From: a virus
Length of the DNA stretch: 64,000 bases
Reading direction: 5' to 3' (one strand)
Virus record (IMG/VR): IMGVR_UViG_3300008116_000055
Location: 99,542-163,541 of that record
Position numbers and translations under genes: made by a program
Shown: in pieces, positions 47,207-56,147 of the stretch
Layout: every line of letters begins with the position of its first letter
Numbering within the stretch: the first letter of the stretch is position 1
Notes under the pieces: generated by a model
What the model saw: the letters and a program-made list of their open reading frames with translations, nothing else
Database searches by the model: none
What the model was told of the DNA's origin: nothing

Positions 47207-47515
47207 ATGCTTCACACCAACATTGAGGTATACGAGTATTTACAACCACACTACAAGTGGAATTTAGTATCTATTGCATTCTGTGATAGAATGTTGATGG
47301 TGTTGATTTCAAAAGGTTGTAGTGATAAGGAGATATTAGATTTAAAAAAATACCTAAACAAAAATCAGTTCTATGAATATGAAGAAACTAATCTATACTA
47401 CCGTTTAAAAAGTAGGTCGGGTGAATTTGTAGAACCTCCAATATTTGACAGGGAGAATGGTGAAGTTAGGGTTGAGATGGCGAAAAGATTTATCGGTAGA
47501 ACACAACAATTTTAA
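47207..47515 (+). CDS. hypothetical protein
   Basis: 102 aa. TACTTTTG -7-like box at about 47160-47167. Confidence 0.4.
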   Translation: MLHTNIEVYEYLQPHYKWNLVSIAFCDRMLMVLISKGCSDKEILDLKKYLNKNQFYEYEETNLYYRLKSRSGEFVEPPIFDRENGEVRVEMAKRFIGRTQQF

Positions 47516-47527
47516 TATTATCTTTGT

Positions 47528-47824
47528 ATGGTGGTACACAAAAAAGTCAAAGAAGCATACCAAGAATATATCAAGTGGTATGATAACTTAGGTATAAATA
47601 GGGAATACCTGAGAGAAGTAAAAATCAAGAGTCTTACTGAATTTGCACAAAGGATAATCAATGATTATGAACTTTGGTATATGTTCGGTGAGGATTGTAC
47701 CTTACCACTGTCACTTTTGGAAAGACAAGAAATATTCAAGGAAAGACATCCAAGTTCATGGGATATTTTATCTCATAAACATTATGATGATTTTTTAATA
47801 CCAACAGTAAAATTAATAAGATAA
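47528..47824 (+). CDS. hypothetical protein
   Basis: 98 aa. Confidence 0.4.
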   Translation: MVVHKKVKEAYQEYIKWYDNLGINREYLREVKIKSLTEFAQRIINDYELWYMFGEDCTLPLSLLERQEIFKERHPSSWDILSHKHYDDFLIPTVKLIR

Positions 47825-47826
47825 AC

Positions 47827-48411
47827 ATGAAGTATACGCTAAAAACTTATGGATGGAGCGCCGAGTTTATCGGTAAAAAACTCACTGACGAACAGGTTGA
47901 ACAAATTGAACTCTTAAAAGAAGAAAAAGAGTACGATGAACTTTGGGAAACTAGATTTGACTTGGAAAGTTTAGATATTGACATTTACGATGGTGACATC
48001 TTTCACGTAAACAAAGCATTGGATAACCAAACAATGACCTTTGAACTTGAAGATGAAAATGGTAACAACGTACTATCTTTTGGTATTGAAGATATTCAAA
48101 CAATCTCTTCAGTGAATGAGGATTGGGATGATTATATTTCACACCGAGCATTCCCAATGGAAAAGGGTGAAAATATCTATGTGAGTGTTGACGAAAACAA
48201 AGGTGGTATTTGGGAATATGAAATTGAATCTGAAACGGTTCCAACCATTGAAGATTTTACCTACTGTCACGGTTCTGTCGACTTTCCTGATGGGGACTGG
48301 GATTACATCGATAGAATATTTTTTAAGGGTGAATCCATGGAACCCTCTGATTTTTTGGACAACTGGGGTAAATCCTCTCAGGTAGACATTTTTAAATTTG
48401 AAGAAAACTAG
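47827..48411 (+). CDS. hypothetical acidic protein
   Basis: 194 aa, D/E-rich. Confidence 0.4.
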   Translation: MKYTLKTYGWSAEFIGKKLTDEQVEQIELLKEEKEYDELWETRFDLESLDIDIYDGDIFHVNKALDNQTMTFELEDENGNNVLSFGIEDIQTISSVNEDWDDYISHRAFPMEKGENIYVSVDENKGGIWEYEIESETVPTIEDFTYCHGSVDFPDGDWDYIDRIFFKGESMEPSDFLDNWGKSSQVDIFKFEEN

Positions 48412-48586
48412 TTCACCTTGTAAGGAATGTCCATGGGTTGTCAGAAATAATAATAATGACACCATCATCCATTTTTCTAAACGAATGGGTAAATCACACG
48501 CTTGTCATATGGTTCAAAAAAACATATGGGACGTTTCCAAAGACAATATTTGTGAAGGTAGTAAAAGACACTTCAAAAAAAATTAA
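48398..48586 (+). CDS. small Cys/His-rich protein
   Basis: 62 aa. CKECPW...HACHM...CEG. Confidence 0.35.
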   Translation: MKKTSSPCKECPWVVRNNNNDTIIHFSKRMGKSHACHMVQKNIWDVSKDNICEGSKRHFKKN

Positions 48587-48592
48587 AATATT

Positions 48593-48623
48593 TTTGCATA
48601 TTAAAAAATATACATTATATTTG
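48593..48623 (+). promoter_or_regulatory. Bacteroidetes-type promoter (TTTG-N19-TATATTTG)
   Basis: TTTG 48593-48596, TATATTTG 48616-48623. Drives the 35-aa peptide and the downstream structured region. Confidence 0.5.
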
Positions 48624-48637
48624 TATCAAAATTAATT

Positions 48638-48745
48638 ATGACAGTTATTTTAGTATACATAGGATTCTCTCTTTGGTTTCTCGCTGGTTACAAAGTAGGG
48701 GAATATAGAACAAGAAAAGAATATCTAAAGAAACGTTCCGATTAA
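48638..48745 (+). CDS. 35-aa hydrophobic peptide
   Basis: Hand-translated MTVILVYIGFSLWFLAGYKVGEYRTRKEYLKKRSD. Confidence 0.3.
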   Translation: MTVILVYIGFSLWFLAGYKVGEYRTRKEYLKKRSD

Positions 48746-48950
48746 TCATCGGATAGTGTGCCTCACATGATGAGAAACGGTGTGATAACCGTAGAGGACT
48801 GATAATAAGACAACGTCTTATTCGGACTGACTATCCGCGGGGAATACCAAAAGGGTGATAAAGAACAACGTGCCCCTGTAAGTCTATTCCTAACCCGGCA
48901 ACGGGGACAACCATAACACCTGAAAGTTGGATAAATTAGGGTGTTTTTTT
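48745..48950 (+). ncRNA. candidate structured RNA (unclassified) ending in hairpin + U-run
   Basis: About 200-nt stretch with no protein-sized ORF on the plus strand, locally GC-rich. Contains a perfect AATAAGAC-AAC-GTCTTATT hairpin, CGGT/ACCG and CCCC/GGGG pairings, and a terminal AACACC...GGTGTT stem followed by TTTTTTTTT. Confidence 0.3.
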
Positions 48951-49091
48951 TTGTGATTTTTTTGGATTTCACAAAAAAATTTTTATATTTGAAGAAAAAT
49001 GTGATTATGGAAAGATATCCCTTTTGGTTGAACAACTTGGTGTACTTCTTAGCAGGTATAGGATTTGGATTTTTAATCTTTATGTATCTAT

Positions 49092-49290
49092 GAACACATT
49101 TTATATAGGTCAACGGGTTTTATACAAACAAATGGACTGTGTTGTGACTAATGCATCCATTGCTCGTGGAAAAAAGTATGAAGTTTCTCCTGTTGGTCGT
49201 AATCAATACTTCATCGTGGGGTATTGGGAGATTGAAACACCTAAAACTACATACAATGGACAACCAAGGAAAGAGGAAGGAACAAATTGA
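49092..49290 (+). CDS. hypothetical protein
   Basis: Track 49024..49290. Internal ATG (MNTFYIGQRVLYKQ...) likely start. Confidence 0.35.
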
Positions 49291-49383
49291 ATTTAGTGAA
49301 AAAATGGCTTTTTGGTCATTAATTGGTATTATCGTAATTATTGTGACTTTGATAATACTTAATAGGTGAAGGAAAACCAAACT

Positions 49384-49644
49384 ATGAGAATATACAAATC
49401 AAACAACTTAGAGAAAGAAACTATGTGCACTGGTACAATTTACAAATTTAAAGACCGATGGTTCTTTAGATACATCTTAATGTTCGACGATGAATATACA
49501 GAAATACCTGTTAATGAGGAATCAATTCCAAAATCTAAATGGATGTCGGAATTTTACTCTTCAGGTGTAAGAGTAAACGCTCAAATTGTTACAAAACAAA
49601 GAGAGGATGGTAGTATGTTTGACGAAGCAATTCTTGCAGAATAA
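49384..49644 (+). CDS. hypothetical protein
   Basis: Track 49366..49644 from GTG. First ATG gives MRIYKSNNLEKET... Confidence 0.4.
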   Translation: MRIYKSNNLEKETMCTGTIYKFKDRWFFRYILMFDDEYTEIPVNEESIPKSKWMSEFYSSGVRVNAQIVTKQREDGSMFDEAILAE

Positions 49645-49659
49645 AACTAATTTAATTAT

Positions 49660-49929
49660 ATGAAAACATTTAACGATTTAGAATTCGAACAAATCGATGA
49701 ATCCCCATTTATGGTTGGTAAAAAGGTACGTACACAATTTGATAATGGATACGGGGTATCTGTCGTTTCTCACACATACTCCTACGGTGGTAAGGATGGT
49801 TTGTATGAACTTGCGGTCTTAGATAAAAATGGTGACCTCACCTACGAAACACCAATAACCAGCGATGTCCTTGGTTATTTAGAACCTGAACAAGTTACAG
49901 AGATTATGAAAAAAGTACAGTCTCTGTAA
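49660..49929 (+). CDS. hypothetical protein
   Basis: 89 aa. Confidence 0.4.
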   Translation: MKTFNDLEFEQIDESPFMVGKKVRTQFDNGYGVSVVSHTYSYGGKDGLYELAVLDKNGDLTYETPITSDVLGYLEPEQVTEIMKKVQSL

Positions 49930-50576
49930 TGATAGATAATATAGAATTAGTTAAGTCATTACTCAACTTCGAAAACGAGGGTGACTTCTATATGCTCTAC
50001 ATTTTCAAACGAAAGAAAGACCAACCCGAAGGGGAGAGAGATAATCACCAATCGGTGAGAACAATTAAGACTTACTGTATTGAAAGTATCGAACATCTTG
50101 AACGTAGGTACGATGAGATTAAACAACTGTGTGAGATGTTTAAGGCGAGGGCATACATCCACGTTCAAAAACAAAATCACTTTGATGTTTCATTGAATAT
50201 GATGGTTGACCTCGCTCAACGTATTCAGAATGGACAACATAATCAGAAAGGATTATTTGATAGCGTTGTTGGTCAGTTAAAGACACAGGAGAAACGTTGG
50301 ATAGTGGATGTTGATGATGTAAAAGAGATGAGTCCAATGATGGTTGCATTTATTGAATATGAATGTAAACCATTTACTGAAGTTGAATTTGATGAAGCCG
50401 GTGTTCCAATTGGTTACAAGGTGGGACCAAAGGTTGAGGCTGTAATCCCAACAAAGAACGGACACCACTTAATTACCAAAAAATTTGATGTGATGAAGTT
50501 TAAGGAGAGATACCCTGAATTAGATATTCAAAAGAAAAACCCCACACTACTTTATTTACCAAATTCATTAGATTAA
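49929..50576 (+). CDS. hypothetical protein
   Basis: 215 aa, 1-nt overlap with the previous gene. Confidence 0.45.
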   Translation: MIDNIELVKSLLNFENEGDFYMLYIFKRKKDQPEGERDNHQSVRTIKTYCIESIEHLERRYDEIKQLCEMFKARAYIHVQKQNHFDVSLNMMVDLAQRIQNGQHNQKGLFDSVVGQLKTQEKRWIVDVDDVKEMSPMMVAFIEYECKPFTEVEFDEAGVPIGYKVGPKVEAVIPTKNGHHLITKKFDVMKFKERYPELDIQKKNPTLLYLPNSLD

Positions 50577-50577
50577 T

Positions 50578-51273
50578 ATGATAAAAGAAAATCCAAATTA
50601 CGTAAGGTTCGTAGAATCTTGGTCGTCAAAAGATGATTGGAGAGACCCAATCATGAAACCTGTTTGTTATGAAAATGGGTGGGTAGTTTCAACCAACTCA
50701 TACAAAGCGTTGTGGTTTCATGATGTCGACTACATTAATAATGAAAACATACATGACCACAGCAAAGGTAATGGTGTCAACGCCCAACCTGTCATGTTTG
50801 AGTTTCGTAAATTTTATGAAGGTGATTCAAAACCATTCGGGAGAATTAAAGTATCTGACCTTGAAAAAGTTTATGAAGACATCAAGATGATTCCTGAGTT
50901 TGACAAAAAATATAAGGAATGTTATCAATGTGATGGACACGGGACTGTTGAGTGTAATTGTTGTGGACACGAAACCGAATGTGATGACTGTGATGGGGAA
51001 GGTAAGGTAGAATGTGGTGAAGAAGAAAATGGTGAGTACACTTATCCCAATAAACACTTCATTGTTGTTCACGGTGTTCATTTGTCATTATATGAGATGA
51101 GAGAACTCATCGATAATGTCAAGTTTATTGGTGTGGATGAATTGGAAGTTTATCCAACCGATAGTGATATTAAATCGTTATTTGGTATTCCAAATGAAAA
51201 AATGTATATTTTGATTATGGGTAATATGACTAACGATGTCGAAAAAACCTACAAAGTAAGAGTTAATTGTTAA
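50578..51273 (+). CDS. protein with DnaJ-type CxxCxGxG zinc-finger repeats
   Basis: 231 aa. CYQCDGHGTVECNCCGHETECDDCDGEGKVEC, four CxxC pairs spaced as in DnaJ cysteine-rich domains. Confidence 0.45.
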   Translation: MIKENPNYVRFVESWSSKDDWRDPIMKPVCYENGWVVSTNSYKALWFHDVDYINNENIHDHSKGNGVNAQPVMFEFRKFYEGDSKPFGRIKVSDLEKVYEDIKMIPEFDKKYKECYQCDGHGTVECNCCGHETECDDCDGEGKVECGEEENGEYTYPNKHFIVVHGVHLSLYEMRELIDNVKFIGVDELEVYPTDSDIKSLFGIPNEKMYILIMGNMTNDVEKTYKVRVNC

Positions 51274-51403
51274 TATTATGGAAAATTTACATCCAGTAGC
51301 ACAAGTAGTTGGAATAATCGTAATCGGTTTATGCGTTTGTATTGCGTTGTTATCACTATTCACAACTTATTTTGATAAAGAATAAAATAAATCTCATTTC
51401 ACT

Positions 51404-52246
51404 TTGCGGTACGTTTATAAAATTATTGAAAAATATAAGAGGTCATTATTATTAATATACTTCTACATCTTTATTGCACAAATCATTTTCTTGGTTGAAC
51501 CCTATGTGTTGGGTAAATCAATAGATGGTTTATTGAATAAGGAGTATTATTGGATTGGGGTTTTTCTTTTAATAGAATCTCTCTCCAATTTTTTCATTTA
51601 TAAACGTATGGTATTTGACACCAAGATTTACACATCTATCTACAATGATATTGTGTTTAACTATTTGGATAGTTCAGAGGATTCGGATGTCTCAACGAGG
51701 TTGGGTAGAACGGATTTAGCACATAGTATTGTGGATTTCTTGGAACACCACATACACTATTATATAATGTCAATACTTTCCATAATTGGAACATTGTTTT
51801 TTATATTCATGTCCCACGTGGTTACTGGTTTTATTGTATTGTTATGTGCTCCGTTCATTTGTTTTATTGTATGGAAGTTCTACGGTAAGATTGCTCAGTC
51901 CACAAAAATTAGTCACAACCAACACGAAAAGAAAATGGATGTGCTCAACACAAACGATAGAGGTTTGATTGATTCATTCTTTAAAAGGAGAAGAAGGATT
52001 TGGATTTCAGCATCCACCCTACAAGGAAAGAATTGGACTTCACTCAATATGGTAAAGACCATCTTCTTGGTTTTATCATTAATCATTTTCACTCACGAAA
52101 ATGTGAAACTAACACAAGGTGAAGCCATTGCAATGTATTCTTATATAAATCAATTTTTGGTTTCCCTCTTATCCATCCCTGTGGGTATGGAAATGTTTAC
52201 AAGAATGACCGATATAATAAAAAGATTAAAAAATACAAATGAGTAA
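51404..52246 (+). CDS. ABC-exporter-like transmembrane domain protein without ATPase domain
   Basis: 280 aa, about 6 TM helices. YIFIAQIIFLVEPYVLGKSIDGLL start and overall pattern resemble type I ABC exporter TMDs. No Walker motifs. Next gene overlaps by 8 nt. Confidence 0.4.
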   Translation: MRYVYKIIEKYKRSLLLIYFYIFIAQIIFLVEPYVLGKSIDGLLNKEYYWIGVFLLIESLSNFFIYKRMVFDTKIYTSIYNDIVFNYLDSSEDSDVSTRLGRTDLAHSIVDFLEHHIHYYIMSILSIIGTLFFIFMSHVVTGFIVLLCAPFICFIVWKFYGKIAQSTKISHNQHEKKMDVLNTNDRGLIDSFFKRRRRIWISASTLQGKNWTSLNMVKTIFLVLSLIIFTHENVKLTQGEAIAMYSYINQFLVSLLSIPVGMEMFTRMTDIIKRLKNTNE

Positions 52247-52427
52247 CGAAAAACTAACACCGGTAAATTGGTTAATCACCAAACTTCAATTGGATACGAG
52301 GTATAGTGGAATTTATGACGATATACTAAACGAAGCAAGAAAAATGGAAGATGACCATTATGAAAAACTGAAAGATTTTGATAATTGGAAAGATTGGAAA
52401 AACGGTATAGAAACTAAATCAGAGTAA
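52239..52427 (+). CDS. hypothetical small protein
   Basis: 62 aa. Confidence 0.35.
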   Translation: MSNEKLTPVNWLITKLQLDTRYSGIYDDILNEARKMEDDHYEKLKDFDNWKDWKNGIETKSE

Positions 52428-52428
52428 T

Positions 52429-52608
52429 ATGTTTCATGATTTGATGGATGAACTTATGGCGGGGGAATTGGGTGTTGATGTAGAAACATACATTGATGTC
52501 ATTGAAGATAAGTGCACAATGGAAGAAGCCAAGTTTATTATTGATAACATCTTTCAAGAAAAAGATAAAGAGAAGGCCATAGAATTGTTTAACAGTAAAT
52601 TAGAATAA
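52429..52608 (+). CDS. hypothetical small acidic protein (59 aa)
   Basis: Hand-translated MFHDLMDELMAGELGVDVETYIDVIEDKCTMEEAKFIIDNIFQEKDKEKAIELFNSKLE. Confidence 0.3.
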   Translation: MFHDLMDELMAGELGVDVETYIDVIEDKCTMEEAKFIIDNIFQEKDKEKAIELFNSKLE

Positions 52609-52609
52609 T

Positions 52610-52831
52610 ATGTATAAATCATTCAAACTAACAAAGAGATATAGTATTGCGTTTAATACTTTTCCTAAGTCGGCTAAAAGTATCGAGACCAAAATACCGG
52701 CATATCACACGGGGATTTGTAAATCAACCGATGAGATAAATGAATTTGATACATACTTTTTTGTTTTGGGTACTTTTAGAATAATGTGGTATGTTGAACA
52801 CAAACACAAGTGTGGTGTAACCAATGGATAA
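52610..52831 (+). CDS. hypothetical small protein
   Basis: 73 aa. Confidence 0.35.
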   Translation: MYKSFKLTKRYSIAFNTFPKSAKSIETKIPAYHTGICKSTDEINEFDTYFFVLGTFRIMWYVEHKHKCGVTNG

Positions 52832-53028
52832 AAATCAATATGGAAAAGATTATTACATTCGGTTGTCAGAAAAATGTTTTTGTATATAAGGAAGGTTGTG
52901 GGTTATTACCAAATCCTCCTTACAGAAAACACGAAACGGTGGAAATGGCAATCCAACATTTAAAAGAAAAAGGAATACAGGAACCAAAAGTAATAGAACA
53001 TGACACAAAAAGAACAAGCATTAAATGA
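52810..53028 (+). CDS. hypothetical small protein
   Basis: 72 aa. Start may be the internal ATG at about 52840. Confidence 0.3.
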   Translation: MWCNQWIKINMEKIITFGCQKNVFVYKEGCGLLPNPPYRKHETVEMAIQHLKEKGIQEPKVIEHDTKRTSIK

Positions 53029-53221
53029 CACCAAAAACCGATTCACAAATCTGTTGGATGGTTGTGTAAGGTCTGGTGTAAGTGTATCAGAAATCATTCG
53101 TTACTACGAATCAAGATTGAACAACCAACCAGTACCTGAAACCAAAAGGTCGTCGGGAATTGTAGATAATTTTATCGAGGACTATCTCAAACATATGGAG
53201 AACGAAGATGGAGGATTTTAA
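53000..53221 (+). CDS. hypothetical small protein
   Basis: 73 aa, overlaps the previous stop. Confidence 0.35.
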   Translation: MTQKEQALNDTKNRFTNLLDGCVRSGVSVSEIIRYYESRLNNQPVPETKRSSGIVDNFIEDYLKHMENEDGGF

Positions 53222-53422
53222 ATTATTAAGGGGATATGCCGACCCGTTGGTAAGTTTAAGAATGACCATAGAAAGTTTAGCCAGAGTCATGGAGAATTAC
53301 AATTACAGTTTGATTCAATTGAACAACTCTTTAGAACAATTAAACAATACCTTACGAGAAAATAATTAAGATTTTTTGGAATATTCAAATTAATTGGTTA
53401 TTTTTGTTAAAAACAAAAGGAC

Positions 53423-53638
53423 ATGGCTATCATCACCATCTTAATATCAATAATGTACGGATTCTATATCTTAGTATCCCTATTGCGTAGAAGATGGAAT
53501 GATTTTCTTTATGGGATATGTCTTGGTTTACTTATCATTTCAAATATTCCAACCATTTCTTTCGTTATCAGTTTACTCGGTCTTATCATTTTACACAGGT
53601 ACATAGAAGTAAGGGAAAAAAATACAAACGAATCATAA
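53423..53638 (+). CDS. small membrane protein
   Basis: 71 aa, two TM helices. Confidence 0.35.
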   Translation: MAIITILISIMYGFYILVSLLRRRWNDFLYGICLGLLIISNIPTISFVISLLGLIILHRYIEVREKNTNES

Positions 53639-53639
53639 T

Positions 53640-53831
53640 ATGCTTAAACACTATAACATAAAAGTTTTATTACAATCGGCAACCACACAGTATTGGGCTG
53701 AGTACACAATATACGATGTGGTTAAATTCGAGGTAGGTAGAAACCATTATTTTTTACAGACCGAGGATGGTGATGAGAACTATTTCCCCATAAACTTTTC
53801 AATCATCAAACAAATAGAAGACCACCGATAG
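53640..53831 (+). CDS. hypothetical small protein
   Basis: 63 aa. Confidence 0.35.
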   Translation: MLKHYNIKVLLQSATTQYWAEYTIYDVVKFEVGRNHYFLQTEDGDENYFPINFSIIKQIEDHR

Positions 53832-53902
53832 TGGAAAATATTTTCAAAAAACGTCGTTATAGTGGAAAAAATTCCCGGTTCCGGTGCCCGAGGTTCATTT
53901 TA

Positions 53903-54313
53903 ATGGAAAAAATAAATAATATGGAACCACAAGATAAATGGGTATTCTTCAAAGACATTGATTGGGATTGTCCAAAGAACAATAAGTTTAATGTGGATAC
54001 AAGGGATTTCCATGTGGGATATCATTGGAATGATGAAGGACATCCTGATATTTCTACCATAAACAAATACCCACATTTCTTTTGGACCAAGGATGAACTA
54101 ACCACATTACTGGAAAGATACTACGAAGAATCTGGTGGTGAGGGTGAATGGAGGTATTTCTCATTGGAAACCTATCGCGATGGTTGGTATCTAAAGTACT
54201 TAAGAATATTCAGAACGGATATGGGATTCATCATATGTGATTCTGAGAATAAAGCGTTGAAGAAAGATATATTAAACGGAAAGGTTTACCAAGAATTATT
54301 GCATCATCATTAA
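53903..54313 (+). CDS. hypothetical protein
   Basis: Track 53831..54313 from GTG. First ATG 53903 (MEKINNMEPQDKW...). Confidence 0.4.
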   Translation: MEKINNMEPQDKWVFFKDIDWDCPKNNKFNVDTRDFHVGYHWNDEGHPDISTINKYPHFFWTKDELTTLLERYYEESGGEGEWRYFSLETYRDGWYLKYLRIFRTDMGFIICDSENKALKKDILNGKVYQELLHHH

Positions 54314-54666
54314 TGGATACAATTAACTTTACATTGTTAAGGGGAATAACCTATAAAAATCACCGTGAAATTCTTCGCCGTGGTGATATGACTATTATAT
54401 TAAGATTCTTTGAAGAGTCCCCTGATTTTCGATTTGATACCCACGTGGAAATATGTCATAATAACGGAACCCGTGTAATTGAGGAAGGTGAGACTTTTAA
54501 AAGAAACGGAAACAGGGAAGACTATGTTAATTTTGCTAAAAGGATATTGGATACATATGAATACGTGGAAGGTAACATAGAAAACATGTACGATTATATT
54601 CGTTTGTTTTTGGGTACACTTTTAGTGATTAACGAATCGCTGGGGGAAATTAATGAAAATAACTAA
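54313..54666 (+). CDS. hypothetical protein
   Basis: 117 aa. Confidence 0.4.
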   Translation: MDTINFTLLRGITYKNHREILRRGDMTIILRFFEESPDFRFDTHVEICHNNGTRVIEEGETFKRNGNREDYVNFAKRILDTYEYVEGNIENMYDYIRLFLGTLLVINESLGEINENN

Positions 54667-54696
54667 AAAACAATAACTGGGGTTCCAACTAATAAT

Positions 54697-54951
54697 ATGA
54701 ATAACGAAATTACATATAGAGTAATAATAGATACAACCATAAAAGATGGAAGATGTATATATAATCTCTCAACTCCTACAGACCAACCTCAAATAACTTT
54801 AAATCAAATTACCAGTATACTATCAGGAGCACTATCTCTAAGTATAAGAGGTTCAGAAAATGAAGCACAAACAATGAGGGATGTAATAAATTACCTTAAT
54901 GAAGAATTTGTTAGTATAGATTCATTTAAAGATATACATGTAAAGAAATGA
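54697..54951 (+). CDS. hypothetical protein
   Basis: 84 aa. Confidence 0.35.
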   Translation: MNNEITYRVIIDTTIKDGRCIYNLSTPTDQPQITLNQITSILSGALSLSIRGSENEAQTMRDVINYLNEEFVSIDSFKDIHVKK

Positions 54952-55316
54952 AAGGAATACTGTATAAAGAAAATAATAATTGGATGGTAAGATGGTATGA
55001 TGAAATAAACTCATCCACCGATTCAACCCAAATTGGAATAATCCCATTACACCCTGGTGATGTAAAGAATCATGGTCATATACTAAAGGAATATACTATG
55101 GTTGATTTTGATATCATTCCTGTATTTGTGGAAAAGGAAGGTGAAGAATGTGTAAACGGGGAAGATGTTCCACACGCGAGGATTAAGAACACAGAGAACA
55201 TTCTATATGGTTCTATAGAAGAATTGATTATTCGTTGGAATATTGATGGAACAAAAACCGCTGGTAGTCTCACAAGAGAAATAATGGATATAATAAAAAA
55301 ACATATTACGTTATGA
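54948..55316 (+). CDS. hypothetical protein
   Basis: 122 aa, ATGA-coupled. Confidence 0.4.
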   Translation: MKGILYKENNNWMVRWYDEINSSTDSTQIGIIPLHPGDVKNHGHILKEYTMVDFDIIPVFVEKEGEECVNGEDVPHARIKNTENILYGSIEELIIRWNIDGTKTAGSLTREIMDIIKKHITL

Positions 55317-55564
55317 TTACAGAACAGAATTTAATTGATTTGGGTTTTGAAAAGGTTGAAGGGAATCTTGAAGGACAAACAGAACCATGGTACTATTATA
55401 ATTTGGATATAGATAATGTTAATCTAACTTCAGATGATAGTGACATGGTTAAAGATGAACACTGGAATGTTCATGTATGGGAATTGGATTTGGTTATTAA
55501 TAATATGTCTAACCTAAATGGTTTCATAAACATCATCACAAGAATAATAAGGGATAACAAATGA
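55313..55564 (+). CDS. hypothetical protein
   Basis: 83 aa, ATGA-coupled. Confidence 0.35.
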   Translation: MITEQNLIDLGFEKVEGNLEGQTEPWYYYNLDIDNVNLTSDDSDMVKDEHWNVHVWELDLVINNMSNLNGFINIITRIIRDNK

Positions 55565-55686
55565 AGTATATTAAAAAGTTAATGAACCACCTTTGGTGGT
55601 TAAAAAAACAGAAGGTAGAAAGTATGGTTTACTGCGGTAGACCCACATCGGTTTAAACAATTTGAAACCATAGTTGTTACATCTAT

Positions 55687-55896
55687 ATGAAAAAATTTAT
55701 ACTGTACAGACCACTCTCGGATATGGAATCTGATGGGGTTTATTTTGACGAATCGGTTAAGAAGAAACTGGTTGAAGAGAGAGAAAAACAGGTATGTCAT
55801 TATAGTGGTTTACCCTCTGTTTGGATGTACAGTAGTGATAGGATTTTGACCCACGATACCCCTAATGTAATACAGAAAGAGTTAAAAAACCCTTGA
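55687..55896 (+). CDS. hypothetical small protein
   Basis: 69 aa, last gene of the plus block. Confidence 0.3.
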   Translation: MKKFILYRPLSDMESDGVYFDESVKKKLVEEREKQVCHYSGLPSVWMYSSDRILTHDTPNVIQKELKNP

Positions 55897-56092
55897 TTTT
55901 AACCCTGTAATCCAGACATTTTTTGTCGTAAGGAATTTTTCTCAGATATATACGAATGTATGACAAGAAATCCCGCTGGTCGTATTACAATCCATAAAAG
56001 TGGATTAAAGTGGGAAATTGTGGGACATAGTAGGGGATTGACCCTTGTTCGAAATAAGAGTTATATTTTTATATTTTCAGAAAAACAGATGT

Positions 56093-56128
56093 AAATAAAA
56101 AACCCCCAAGTGTCATACAAGGGGGTTA
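56093..56128 (-). terminator. intrinsic terminator at the convergence point (minus strand; possibly bidirectional)
   Basis: Plus-strand AAAAAA-AACCCCC-AAGTGTCATACAA-GGGGGTT. Read on the minus strand it is a GC stem followed by a T-run, immediately downstream of the stop of 56148..56966. Confidence 0.7.
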
Positions 56129-56147
56129 ATGTATATACGTATATATG

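Noticed and set aside
31374-51968. Antisense/embedded ORFs 31374..31565, 31405..31593, 34101..34292, 35816..36061, 36064..36246, 37272..37475, 37610..37831, 39435..39638, 42482..42709, 45026..45292, 46399..46662, 47951..48244, 48139..48468, 48185..48385, 48438..48635, 48763..49113, 49120..49380, 49151..49369, 49959..50180, 50140..50349, 50277..50468, 50827..51081, 51178..51363, 51786..51968
   Set aside because: They overlap supported genes, or in the case of 48763..49113 lie antisense to the candidate structured RNA. Compositionally they look like chance frames.
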